From Trichoplax adhaerens (lineage: Eukaryota; Animalia; Placozoa), in assembly GCF_000150275.1 (NCBI RefSeq), contig NW_002060972.1, forward strand, positions 124,001 to 188,000: a DNA stretch of 64,000 nt, written 5' to 3'. Shown one piece after another: positions 13,816-28,400 of the stretch (position 1 is its first letter; each line of letters begins with the position of its first letter). The position numbers and the translations under genes were made by a program. The notes beneath the pieces are model-generated. The model did no database searches. It was given only the letters and a program-made list of their open reading frames with translations, and was not told where the DNA came from.

Positions 13816-16449
13816 GACCAATTAGGCTATACACGTAGTATGCGATAATTTAATCTACGAGACAAGTTGGATTAATGTGTTTAGATTCCTGTTGTCCGTG
13901 TTGTAATGCAGATTAATGTTAGAATTCTCCTTCAAGTTTTGCATCATAATATTGTAGCTTAAAAAGATAACTCAGTTGGTTTAATTGCAGTAAGTCTTGC
14001 CTTTACTGAAGTTATAGTTTAAATGCCATGTTAAATCAATGGATATTTTATTTAGATCTAAAAGGAAAGATATCTATTATATCAGTATAGATAAAAGCTT
14101 CTAAAAGGTATCGCATTATTCGTATGAAGGAGTATTACGGAGTAACTTTTAAGTAGCTGTCGTAGTAACATAGATTCCGTAAGATAATCATTATAGGAGT
14201 GTATTTATGTACCGCTATCCATGACGTTTTACAAATTCTTAATAGATAACTGCATAATTTTATGACATTATCTATAAACTAATAAATAACATTGATATCG
14301 ATTCACTATAAATTGACTGACTTTTCAATAAAGCTTGGGTTTAGTTATGTCTAAGAGAGAGTAGCGCTGTTACTGGTCCTCCTGATGATAGGAGATCGTC
14401 AGTATTTAGAGTCGTACTGTAGGTTAATGTCAGGGAGGACAAACCTGACAGTAGACTTGCGTTGCAATTTCTATAATAGTTTTAACGTTTCCTCATGACA
14501 AATTCCGATATTCAACAAGTATGTACTAATTTTACTTGCTTAGGAAAAGAGGGTGATTGTCTAATTTCGTTCTATAACGAGCTAAAGATACTAGTACTTA
14601 AGTTAATACAGTAAAGGTTGTCTATCTTCTTGGAGTAATAATGTACGGCCGTAAAAATTTTATTAACACGATCCGTAATAAGCCCTGCTTCATTCCGAAT
14701 AATTGGAAAGAAATAGTTGTAGAGAATCTAAGAAAAAAATTGATCGTACCGTCTGTCTATTAAATTAATTTAATCAATGGAGGTCATAATGGATGGGTTA
14801 ATATCACTTATTTCCAATCTTGAAAGCCTTGACTTCACATCGAGTTGGAGCGGGTCGATTTAATTAATATAATGCTCGTAATTATCACTAGATTATTTGT
14901 TCAGTATCATGTACAAATTGTCAGTAGTACAGTACAAAAATAACAGCATGATTGCAAGTTAATTGAAATGATAGTACTCTATATCGCAGTAGCAATATTT
15001 CATTAGTTGAATGCCTATCGCAATGCAAAGTTAAGATAAGGCGATGAAAGACGAAAGCTGTCTTATTTTTTTTAAGTTAAATCAGGTAGATAAAGAATGA
15101 AAAGTGATCTTACTTTCCTTATGTTTCTTTGAATTTTCCAACCGATAGATCTTGGCTTATTACCAGCATTTTCTCGATGTCAGTGAAAGACGCACAAGAT
15201 AAAATTCTTTAAATTCTCATTCTAGTTTCTGCCTCCTTTAATTTCAAATGTTGTCGTAGTTATTAACCAAATATTGATCCTGAAATAATTTTACTTAATT
15301 GTCATATATTCACATCTATGTAATAGCGTAGACATCTTCATTATTCTTGGAAATGATTGAAGCTATCTACAATAATTCTAGCAAATAGTAACATGCCAAC
15401 AATATATCAGCAGTATGTCTACTACCCGTACAACATAAAGCAAATTCAATTTGAAGGGAGCCAAGTTATCTAGCATTCCCTACGATATTTCTTGAATATT
15501 TCATATTAGCAGAGATATGCATTCGAAATGAATAGTCACTATACTCAGCCGGTTTACTTATATATTGTTGATGTTTTACTAACACTGACCGACAGCGATT
15601 AACCTCTCACATTCTTTATAATTAATATGCGAATAGCAGGTTACTTCTTTTTTCCAAGACGCCCGTGTATAGTTTTAAATTTTTATAATACTTGCGATTA
15701 AAATTAACTTGTACGAATATTGCGAATAAAGCAAGATTAGCTAAAGCTTCGTTTCATAATAAATTTTAGGATATGTATATGATGTGCATCACATCTTTAA
15801 GAGATCTGATTATATATTCTATATTCCGTTTCTTTTTTCACTCCATATTTATTTCAAATTTTAATATGACTAGACTGCCGGTAGTTATTACAATAATTAT
15901 CAAGATAGAGTTAAAACTTGATGATCTTAGTCAGTAAATGATGATTTACTTTTAAACAAAATATGAGCCCTGTATGTTCCATTCAGAGTAGTAATACTGT
16001 CATCTGGCAATACAAAATGCCCGATGGTAATCTGGTTATATGAAGGCGACTATGTATTAATCCCCTAGTTATGTTACCTGCTATAGATTGGAAGGGAAGT
16101 TCAAAACAGAACGTAACCTAATTTGCGGATAGCTGGCTTAGGCCTTGAGTATTCATCGATTTTTCACGCTGCATTACCAATAGAGATTTTATCAACGCAG
16201 ATTTCAGTAAGGAAAATTGAAAAACGAATTCAGCATATTTAAGCAACAGTTTTTATAAGAAAGGAAGGTAAGGGAAAGGATAGAATTGACGATGAACACA
16301 GCGACTATTTCAAGGTGTTTACTAGCACTACTTGGTAGTAGATCATTTACGTTCTTTCCGTCATTTTCGCTTTCCATCCTGGCAAATTTTTGATCACTTT
16401 TTATTGCATTGCTATAGAACTGGATTAGAGCTCAAAGATGAATGACAAT

Positions 16450-16850
16450 TTATTCGTTAATTAGCTTTCTAGATCTCAAATCTAGACTCTAAATAAATGA
16501 TCTTCATGCTACTCTATGCAAAAACTGAAACAGATCATCGTCTTGCAACTTTACAATATCCAAAAACTGATTGAATGATTTGCTATTGGTTAGATATCAT
16601 TGATTTAGTAATTAATTATTATAATTATCGAATACAGCAAATATTTTAGGCCCTTTATTTAGGCTTCTTGGTAGCGAATTGTTTTCTTGCTTCATAACTT
16701 ATTATATTTCTGGGCTGGCAAGTTCAAGATCGATCTTCTAAAATTTCTTTAGAATTGAATTGAAGCTCAGTCACAAACTAGCTTCGTAACAAAGATAACG
16801 TAAAACAAATCTCTAAATTACTATAGTCTCCGGGATTCAGTATCCCTTAA
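16450..16850 (-). pseudogene. Decayed CARD-like exon(s)
   Basis: The minus frame reads LTNSKSFNQFLDIVKLQDDDLFQFLHRVA*...SRKLINE, which aligns to the Apaf-1-like CARD LNNKERVFQFIKILKTRSDDDFFRFCSVLK...GRKLEKE. An upstream fragment LNKGPKIFAVF is also CARD-like. There are multiple stops and frameshifts. Confidence 0.55.
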
Positions 16851-17369
16851 CTATCTCACAAGAATTTAGACGCCTTTGATTCTACGTTAAACTCAACTAG
16901 ACAATTGAGAACTACTTTATTCGACTATCTGACGGGCTTATATACCCTTCTACAGCAGCTAACATTCATGAGTCATCTTATAAAAATACTTAGGTGAGAA
17001 CATCTACTAACTAATTTTTCACCGTCGGATTTCAATACGCCCATTCACAGAATCATTTCAGTGCACATTACAGCACAGCATTAAATTTACTGTAATACAT
17101 TTATGATTAGAGTAATTCCTATTGTATGTAACTAGTTGTAATATATTATCACTATATTATATTCACCAAATTTAGATAGCTATTTCTTCACGGTAGTTCG
17201 TACCGTGACAAGCTCAAATATGATGATAAATATTTGTTGATGAGCATTCTAGATCTTTAATCTTAACAATCAATAAATCATCGTTATGCTACTGTATGCA
17301 GATAATAATTGCATGATCTGTTTTAATTATATATTAATATCATCAAAAGTTATCATAGACTAGTTTAAT

Positions 17370-17705
17370 CATGATAAAAGCATTAGCAGAATTTTCAAAA
17401 CTGAACAGATCCATCATAATATCTGCAATTGAATTGAAGATGATATGTTGGAATATCCTAGCATATGCGATTATATATACTAGTAATATGGTAAAAGTAT
17501 GGACCGTCGGTTTAGTATTTTAATTGAAGATATTGAGATATTTTCTCGTATTTATTTCAGCTAATTTGTCATCTTTTACCAAAATTTTGATTTGTACAAC
17601 ACATTACTCGTACAGTAGGGCAGATTCCTTCATGGCTTACAGCTATGCAGACTTAAGTTCAATTCAGTTCTCATTAAGGACCGGCTTCCAAGTACTTCTT
17701 CATCT
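17370..17705 (-). pseudogene. Degenerate exon relic homologous to 31090-31430 (possibly death-fold)
   Basis: Shares DNA blocks with the 31-kb region (ataaaag(c/t)attagc...; caacacattactcgta...gggc(a/t)gattc). Many stops are present and the strand assignment is tentative. Confidence 0.35.
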
Positions 17706-19437
17706 ATAATGGTTGCGATTACATTTTCTAAACTAAGATCTGATAGATAAGTACTAAATTGCCTCCAATTTTATTACAATTTACTGGAAAGACTTCAAGA
17801 ATACCCGCTAATTTTTATAGGTTAGAATACGATTTAAGCTGCAGTCAGGTTATAATAGTACATTAGCGTACATGCTAGTATTCGATAATTTATAGTGGAT
17901 ATGAGAAATATCGGTATAGAATGCATCATAGACGGTCTAGAGGAAATGAAGGATAAATTTCGAATAATTAATGGAAGATTAACTTAAGATGGTTCAGCAG
18001 TAGCCGCTACGAAATCATGACTTTTTCGTATCGCTACAACTAATGTGATCTTTACTGCAAAAGTTCTCCTAATAATCACTAGAAATGATTCTAACTGCGT
18101 TAAGTTGAGTTACAACTAAAATATAACTTTTACCTCTGTTATGAGTGTGTTTACTACTATGCCTGACTCAAGGAATATGTTAGGTATCTCAATTACTAGC
18201 TTGATTCGTGACGACTATAAGGTTTCAGACTTTAAATAGAATATTACTTTGAATTAAAACAAAATCATATCAAACTTCCGGTTCTGCAAATGGACCAATT
18301 AATATGTTAAATTTTTTTCTTTACTGTATTAAATTGGCATTAAATCAAAAGTCCATTTTCTTTGTAAATAAATTAGCATTAAATGAGTGCCGTACATAGC
18401 TAAAAATTGTATTGACTGATAAAAAGCAGTGCCAAGTAATGACTCTTTCCTTATATCCTACTTTATATCTATAGAGATAACTATCCGAATTAATCTTTCA
18501 TTATTCATCAAGAAAGTTCCATCGCAAAATGAAGTACTAATGATAAAAATAGAAGTTTACCATTACATTAATTCGTCTGTCTATTGGTTAGAAACAGGAA
18601 GAGCCAACAAACTGGGAGTTATCGTACCGTAAATACGATAAAGTTTCACACAAATAAAGCTTTGGCAGACTTGGTTGCAGAAATTCAGAAAGCTCTTGAA
18701 GAAAGCTAATTTCCTTTAGTTAAAATAATTTTGGTCCACTTACCGTAGCATAAGATGCTGTAAGGATAGATATACGGGTAATTACTTATGTTATATGATC
18801 ATAGATAAGACAAATAAGTAAAAGCAAGGATATCTATGGTAAACAAATAGAAAATAGACGAATGCTCTATCAGTAGAATAAATTAGCTTCCCTTCTCTAC
18901 TCTGCTATAACTATTAACTAAATTACGAGTATAATACAAGATTAAAATCCATTCCGCGAATTATAGCAGGTGCTGCAAAAAGAGGGCGTACGAAATCAAT
19001 GATGTATTATACGATGTCAAAATTAGTTGTTGCATGGCATAGATTACTAGTATCTTCATTTTTAAGATAGATGAGGTTACGCAAAGAGAATGTTGTGATG
19101 AGATTTACTGTCAGCAGTTAGCTACTAGCAGAGCTGATACACTAAGAATAGCGATTTCTGATATAGGAAATATCTCATCAATTATATTTAAGTTTATATG
19201 AATTAAAATTTATCATTTAAAGGCGAAATATTATAAGCAATCATTGTAGCCTAAAATCATTATTCATCGGATACTAGTAATAGATAATTATAAAATTTAT
19301 TTGATATTTACTTTCCTTAGCTTTTTAATACCCGGTGTATTGTATATATATTTACTCGTATATACTTTTTGAAAGTCTTGCATTAAATTTTTCTTAGACA
19401 TTATTTCCTGAATCGAAATTGAATAGCATTCCATAAA

Positions 19438-22400
19438 ATGGTTTTAAGCAACCATATTATAAAGGTCATCGAGGCAGAATATTCGCTAATAATTAGTGAT
19501 ATTCAATTGGTAAACTTCATTTACGATCTCAGAAGTATAAGATTATTGTGTGATGAAGAAGTCGAAACACTCAAAGATCACTGCCTCAATAACAAAGAAA
19601 GAGTTTTCCAATTCATCAAAATATTAAAGACAAGAAGCGATGATGACTTTTTTCGATTTTGCAGCGTACTAAAAGACAATCAAGTTAGAAATGTTCAAAA
19701 TCTTGGTAGAAAATTGGAGAAAGAAGCAAGTACTTCGAAACCACATGGTAAGACCATCTATTTACAAAATAGTTTGCGAATCAACGCATCATCTACTTAT
19801 TTAGAATATTTAGCAAATATAAATAAATTTGACAATGTAGCTAATCCAATCTTGTTGACAACGAGCAATCAGGAACAATTAATTATTATCAATATCACTA
19901 TGTTATCCTAATACATAGCTACTGTAATTAGCTGAAATCATTACACTATACTGTAGATGAATTAGATCTCGTATATTACTTTTATCGTTGAAATTTAGAA
20001 TAATTTTATGCTGGATTGGAAAATTCTTCAGGAGATTTATTTAATAACAATAAATCTTCAATTTTGCTATTTTACTTATCTAATTCTGAAAATATCAGTA
20101 TAGCGTATCAATGTTCAGTAATAAATATTTGGGTTAATGTGCAATAAGGCAGTAGTTTAATTTAAGCATGATTAAAGTAACTTAGAGCCGTGTTTTAAAT
20201 TCTATTCTCCGTAACACAATTTAGGACATGCTACAAGCACAAATCAAGCAACTGAAGCTAATAGCGAAAACCTATCTGAACTAGGTAGTAAGATTTACTC
20301 GAAATATATAGAGCTGATAAAAGTTTGCTACTCTACTTGTAACTTATATCATGAATAAAGAAATTTTCTTTTTGTATTACAACAAGAAAATGTGATATTT
20401 CATCCCTTCAGTATAATAAGGTCTATATTATTTGGCGAAACCGAGACTTCCGGTAAGCTCTTTTCAGAAACTTTGTATAATATCGTATTATCAGTAAGAC
20501 TTACTTCCATACTAAATGTTACTTTACATATTAGACTTAATTTATAATAATTCATTTGACTGTGCAAAATATATATTCCAAGATGACATAGCCTCTTTAG
20601 TTATTAACAAAAAATATGTAGTATTTGCTATAAACGATATCGTTCACCATTATTTAATGCAAAAGAGTTAAAGTTAGTCAATGCAGTCCTATGACTTTTA
20701 AAATACAGTAAGGACATTGATATTTATATTTCTGATAGCGGTCAGAAAACTTAAATGATTTACTATGTTTAAAACGGTACAAACATGCCAAATTTCAATA
20801 TTTTGCCTGTTATGCAACAAAATTACTCTGCTAACGTTGTATTTCTTTGCTCATCAGAAATTCCACTCCGCAATCTCCCTTCAACCCCAAGCTGTCACTT
20901 TATTATAAGAAAGAACTTAGTAAATAGTATTTGCGATCAATTAAAGATCATCCACGAATCATCTGGTCATATTTTAATATATGGCATGGCAGGCAGTGGC
21001 AAAACTGTTACTGTTTGCCAGTCCGTAACACGAGCAGCTGATATGGGGTATTTTAATACAAACGGTTGTTATTGGATGAAGATCGGTAGGTTGCAAAAAA
21101 TTGAAACTTAATGATCTTATTTGCACTTTAATTTGGTATAAAAGTATTCATATTCTATCCCGCTCGCTTATACGTGTATTAATTTCATCATATTCATGTT
21201 ATCTTCTCTGGAAAAATAAATTTTTCTGATAAAATTGAAATTAAATGTGCAGCTTTTGCTATACATATAAATATCGAAAGATTGCATTGCAGCAAGAATA
21301 TCTTATAATTAATGATAAATTTTAATTTTATGCCTGACCTTCACCAAGTTTTGCATTAATTGTATTCATTTCTGCCTAGGAAATGTATCAAATGTTGCAT
21401 TATTCGATCAACTTAAGATATTAAGTCATGATCTTGGTATAGAGTGGAATAAGTCTGTTCAGTCAGTTGCAGATTTATGTGCCTATCTCAGAAACTACCT
21501 ACAAGGTCGTTGTTTTACCGGTTTTAACTGGCAAATATATTTATATAGAGTTAGACTGCAACATTAATCATTTTATGATTGGCTTTTAGGAAATAGCAAA
21601 TTGTCGGATACACTCTTTATTTTCGATGATATTTGGAAGAAGGATCATTATAAATATTTATCCTTCGCTAAAAAGTCTATTGCTACTTCAAGATTTTTAT
21701 TTTATGAAAATGAACTTAGCCATCGCTGCATCCGTTTGCTGGTATGTCTTTGACTTTAATGCTTCCATTTGATTTTTGCTACAGAATGTTTAGTATGCGA
21801 ATATAAGAACAAATGGCTGACTAGTACTGGGTATTAATACTTGGAATAGAAGCAGTTGTATCCATATTTATGTACTCGAATTGTAAAATTGCCAAATCGT
21901 TTCCAGGACTCGTAATTGCATTATTTACATTATTTACTTCAATGATGCTCTAGCCTTCTAACTTGATAAACATAATTTAATTTTAAATGCGTTACTTAAA
22001 ATGATCCTATGTGTAATAAAAATAATTTAGGTTACAAGAAAACCCCATTGTTACTTCACTGCAGGATTTCACTATCTAATACGTGTTTGCAGATATTTTC
22101 GAGAAAGTAATATTAAATGTAATTTCTCTTTTGTATAAAAAGGAACGGCTAACATACGATGAAGCAATAAACTTAATAGCATTACTTCGCCACGATCAGG
22201 ATGATCAAATATTGCGCCGTAATCCACTTGTCAAGAAAGTTATAGATAGTTGTGCAGGTCTACCATTAGCGATCAGCTTAATTGGCGGCTGTCGTTTGCA
22301 AACTGACAAGGAATGGAGCGAGGCAAAGGCTATCATTTCCAGGAAATCAGGAAAGATTAAATTAGCTAATTACGATTTCAATTTATATGGTACATTCAAA

Positions 22401-25400
22401 TTAAGTTTTGATGTTTTGGATGAAAAAGAAAGAAAACTCCTCGAATCTCTATCTGTTTTTAAGCGAGTGCGTATTCCTATTCAATCGATTGCGTCATTGT
22501 GGAATTGCGATGAACAAGACGCTGACGATATCTTAATGGAACTGAATAACAAATCTTTATTGAAATACGTGAAAGAAAGCAAGTAAGTTCGAAATAGCAG
22601 ACTGTTGATGAATAGACTTTGTTCGGGAATAGGAATAGTATTAATTGTTGTACGGTTATCAGGGATTGTGATATTCACACATAATTTATTTTCTTAATGA
22701 GTGTAATAAGTTAAATAAGTTATAATAGGTCTTGAAGTATTTAGTATTTCGATAAGTAAATGTATATCTATTACATAGCTCGTCGTCATCTAGAAGTTGT
22801 ATAAATGTTAAGGTATTTACCAATACTTAGATCCGTTTTTATATCATTAAAATCGTTGTCTTCACTTGATCTTGCACATTACTATTATACAGTATAGCCA
22901 AATACCCTTATCCAAATTTCTCCATTACATAAATTATTAAATATCTACTTCAATAATAGTAATATTTAAATCAATAAATATTTTGCGGCGGATTACATCG
23001 AATATCGAATATTCTCACTAGCGTCATTCAACTTACTTTATTTTGGAATACTGTGTATTGAAAGCGTTTCTACGGATTGTAAGCAGAGCAACAATCCGTA
23101 TACTGTACTTACATTTTAAATATTAATCGAATTGAATTTTTAATTCATCTAGAGGTTACTGTGTCGTACATGACTTAATAGTCGACTTTCTTCAGCAACA
23201 AATCTACTTACAGACATTGAAACAAGACTATCACAAAATACTCAATAACAAACTGATGGATGGCTACAGTAACCGATGTGAAGGAAGGTGGAATACCTTG
23301 GCTGATGACGGCTATTTCTATCAAAATCTAATTTATCATGCTATCCTAGCCGAAAATAATGAACATCTTCAAAATATCTTGACTGATTTCAATTGGATGA
23401 CATGCAAAATAAAATCAGACCAGACAATCTATAACCTAATTTGCGATTTAACAGATTATGTCAACTATCTAAAAGCGAGAAAAGAGGTACAGAGTGTCAC
23501 GTTATGGTATCTATTACTGATTAATTCCATTACATTACTAATAATATGCCCACATTATTCTTGCTGATTCGACAGCTTGTAAAAGTATCAGTAATCAAAT
23601 TATGAAACTATAGATATTCAAATTTCGTTATTGTAGAGCATGAGTGTTAGTCCCTACTTAATTAGGATACACAGTTCTCACTACGTACTATCACTGTATT
23701 CCCCAACATATAACTGGTGTAATTAGCTGAAATCAATGTACTAATATACTATTAACTATTGCCTTCATTTAGCATAAGAAATACACGCATTATTTACTCC
23801 AGATTACTGTATATAAGGCGTATGTAGAAAATGATAAATGGCCTAAAGGTTTTAGGAAATGTATGCCAGTTAACGAAATACGTAGCCAAATAGTATTATG
23901 TTTATTTTTGCAATTTTTAAGCTACTTTCCGTACAGTCACAAATTACCATAGTATTTAAGCTTAGCGCACATTTGTTTAAAATAATTAAACCAAATGGTA
24001 TGTTTGCGGATCCCGTGAAAAACTTTAGGAAGTATTTTTAAAATGATCTTTTTGCCATCAGATTGCAGTAGAAGATTTGTTTGCATATGTCTTAGCTGTC
24101 ATCTTTAACACCAGTTGAGCTTCCTATTGACTACTACTGTATGTACCTTAATTTATGGCGAATTCTTCAGTACTGCTGCTCATTAATTAATTATTTATTG
24201 ACGATAAAATGTATAAAACGGTACTTTCTGATATTTAGTCAATATTAAAAATAATATGAAACGCTATTTTAGTCAAGTGATTAATACTTTCAATTGGACA
24301 GGCTAGTAATATTTAATTGACAGTCGTACGGAGATTTTCTTAAACACTCCATTCATTATAATGTAGTTTTACGAACAATTAATTGTATCTTTAACTCACA
24401 ATTTTGATTGATTCAGAGCTGGAAAGAATTCAATCAACTACTGTTGCTACTCAAAAAGCATCAAGCTTGGCTGGATATAAGCAAAATAGACGTAACGCAA
24501 TGGATCTTGTGCACTGATTTAACAGATAGTTGGATGAGAGAGCGAGCTTTGCAATTAGCTAAAGATAACACGGAAAATGAATTTAGTAATTTACCGTATT
24601 GGAACTTATCAACGTGAGTTTATAGCCCAAATTCTAACATGAATTGTATTACTATCTCATTCATTTGTATAATTATGTACTGGATTATGACATAGATTTC
24701 GACGAATAGAACAATCCAATCTACTTATTATGAAGCATGTAAAGGATTCGGCAAGAATAATAATGATGAATACATATCAGTTTCCAATCACAACGTTGGA
24801 CATTTACGAATAATTGGCACTGAAAACAACATAAGAGAGGACTGCAAAATTATGGTATACTATTCTTCCCACTGTAGTAATGTTCTCTTAACTAACAACT
24901 TTTTACTTTTAATGCCAGTACAGCGAATAATATGTTTAAATCATTTAGATTGCTTATATTGAATTATCAGATCCGATGTGTTTTTTACTGTAATGGGGGG
25001 GGGGGTTCGAAGAGTCTGCAGAACTCCTTAGGCATTTCTCAATAATAATACGAGGGGTAATCAAAATAATGAGATATTTATTGTAGATAATAACTACGTA
25101 CAGTGTGGTAGTTATTGATACATCTGCGTATAAGCTGCCGTGAAGTAACGTGTGCAGATACTAACACTAACAAGTGCAACTGAACAAATCTGAGGCAGAA
25201 ATCATCAATATTTATAGTTTTAGAGAGACAACACCTTCAGAGAACAGGATTGTAGAATTAGATACATCATATACCATAAACAGACTATATGATAGTAAAT
25301 GATTATAGAAAATAGAGAAGACTGTAGATACTATAAATAACTAAACATGACAAGCTATATTTGAGCATAGTTGAAATAGACTGTAAAGGTATCTATATTT

Positions 25401-28400
25401 GGAACATAACAAAATGTCCATATTTAAAAACATGTCTAAAGACTATCGTGAAAACTAAATACACTACATTTATGTAATGATTGAATTAAATCAATTCATC
25501 CCATGATTAAATAACCTATAGCTTGATAACTAGATGCTCCTAAACTGTATTATTTTATGAGTAATACATTAACGAATCATGTAAAATTTAATTAACAGAT
25601 GAGAAAAGATATCTTGTAATGACAGCATTCTATTTTGTAAATTAGTTAAATTGCTTATCATACCACTGATAAATTAAAGCCTTTCTAATATTTACTCCAG
25701 AAGTGCTACATTGATGAATATAGAACTGTTCAATGACTTTGCTATTTGGCTTGGATGTAGATGTTATAAAATAAAAGCAATGAAATGCCTTAATAACAGT
25801 ACATATTGCTTAAAAAGATTAAGGACTATGAAACATCGCAAGTTCTACTTCAAATATCGACACCAAATAAGTGGATTCGAAATGTCGAAATCTCAGCGGA
25901 TGGTCATACTGCAGCCTACTATTATAGACATCAGGTGGCCTATTGATATTTTAGTATAATTTGGTAAAATTATAAAAAAAGCCGTTGTTAATAACGGATA
26001 AAAGATAAATATTCGTCCGCTAAGGTATAAATGAATTCAGTTCATTATTTCTATCATCTTGTAATACCTAACTTAAAATTGATTAGTCATTAACTGCGAT
26101 CATTTACTTAATGCCAGTAATAATCCACTTTAAAGATTGGAAGGATAGATCTGCTGTTGCATTAACTAATTAAGTTGCTCTAATGAAATCAAAGTATTGC
26201 AATGTATTACTTGTATAAATACAGAAAATAATGCAAATTCAATCATCATCTATCTCATTCCATTCATGGATTTTATTTTAGCGCAAATGGATCGTTTATG
26301 ATGTTGATAAAAATGAACAAATGGTATTTACCACTCACAATCAAGAAATCCATGTTAAAACTGACTTCAATTCCTTACAATTTTGCCCTTCCATACACTT
26401 AACTTCATTCATTATGACACTCTCTCGCAATCGTCATGAATTTAGGGTACGTAGTTAAAGTGCATTAGGTTCCAAATTGATACAGATGACAATGTATATG
26501 AAATTGAATGCCATTGATTATTCCACTGATCTATGGCGATAGATTTGGGAGATTAAAGGCCACCAAATACTGCCGACCAACAAACGGATATCGTGTGAAT
26601 ACAAGATAGAATATTGCCGATGGATACTGGTGCAAGGTAGTTTTCAAATCTTGTTGTGGTGGAGAAAATATCATTATGAAGACAAGAACCATAAACCTAA
26701 AGTTGAGAACAACTGGACAAATGAATGTCAAATTGAAGTAAACAACCATTAATTCATAGCAATATACTACGATATATGGCCAGACGGAATAATAAAATTT
26801 ATGTCCAATGCTTGCTTTGATTGAATGTATAACATCTAGATGTGGAATTTGCAAACATGGTCTCGAATGCTTTCTTATCAAGTTCCTGCTTTTATCTGTA
26901 GCAGTACTGATCATTATATTGCTACCACTGATGTTGAACATGGCTTGCCATTGAAAAATATCAACTATATCAACAATACTAGTGCGTACATAATTTTGGC
27001 TTATTGTAGTAGACAATATCCAGGCCCAATTGGTTTGTTGAAAATAGGAAAAGATGATAGCCATTCTAACCATTCCTTAATTGAATTTCCACATCAATTC
27101 AAGCCAATACTTCCTAATATTCAATTTGTTCGGGATATTTTGGTATCAGATCATCAATTTATCTGTATTGACTATTATCGAGAGGTTAGTTCAATATCCC
27201 TTTACGTATATATAACTTATTTTATCCTTCATAATGTTCATCAACATCTTTTGACTCCGTTATCACCTATTTGGTAACATTAGTTCTTCATAATTCCATT
27301 TTGACATAGGTACACGTACTTAAGATAATAGGTGATCAAGTTCAATCTTATGAAAAAGTAAACCCATCATTCTTTAACAAGGCAACATTAATTCCTGGTA
27401 GTTCTCGATTGCTCGTCTACGATTATGAAGAGAAACACTGCATCTATGAATATAATTTACAAGGTAAGTATCATAATATTATCTTGATTCTCAATGAAAG
27501 ATAGCCTCAGTCATTGATACTCTATCTTTTTTATGTACGATATTACCAATGCAATCTATCGCCATAACCTTGATGGATAACAAAACCTCGATTCAAAAGC
27601 ACTTCAACATGGTGCACTTACTTATCATCCCAAAGCAAGCGTAGAAATTTTAGATGTAGGCTTGGCTTACATTAACAATATTCCAATCATAGCTCTGCTG
27701 ACTAACGATGCTGATAATGTGTGCAAACTACAGGTAAATTATAAGCATCTACTGCAAAACAGTTCATTTATTTTTACGAAAAGGAAAGTTAATTGCATTA
27801 TTTTATTTCTTACTTAAGAATATCTGATGCGATCTCTTTCTTCATACGCGTACGAGTAGGTATCTGATTATAAATCAGAGACTTCTCCAAGATTGTTTTA
27901 TCATTCGCTACAAAATCATAATGAGCGCTGTTTCTTATATAACGATTTAAAATCGGCCATCGTTGTATGTATTAAGAAAGAGGAACACAGAATCACGGTG
28001 ACAAAGGTAAATAAGAAGGGTAATACACAGTAGCAAAAAAATTATTAATAGAAGATACGCTGATTTGCGACATTAAGTATAATCCTATCGCTTATAAAAG
28101 TTACATAGTAGACAGCATATGTGATTAATCTACTATGTTATATTAATACCTAGCTAAATGATTCATTGTCATTGATATTTTCTGTATTGATCGATTACAG
28201 ATAGATCGTATTTTAGGAAGAGACGATGGTAGCCTACATAAGGAATTGCTCGATTATGCTCTTCCAGAAGAATATCCTAACTATTATTTTGTACAAACAA
28301 GATTCAGAAAGGTGGATAAGACACTCATTTGCATTATAAAATCTTGGGTACGTAATACAGTTCAAGAATATGATATTACTTTGCTTGTATATTGGCTAGA

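Noticed and set aside
24995-25005. G11 run as a G-quadruplex or regulatory element
   Set aside because: A single intronic homopolymer with no further support.
25711-25959. Duplicated 82/89-aa ORF (also 42711-42980) as a real gene
   Set aside because: TTG start, no recognisable motif, located in an intron, and shared only because of the recent duplication.
26531-27073. 180-aa minus-strand ORF
   Set aside because: Antisense shadow of Apaf-1-like exons.
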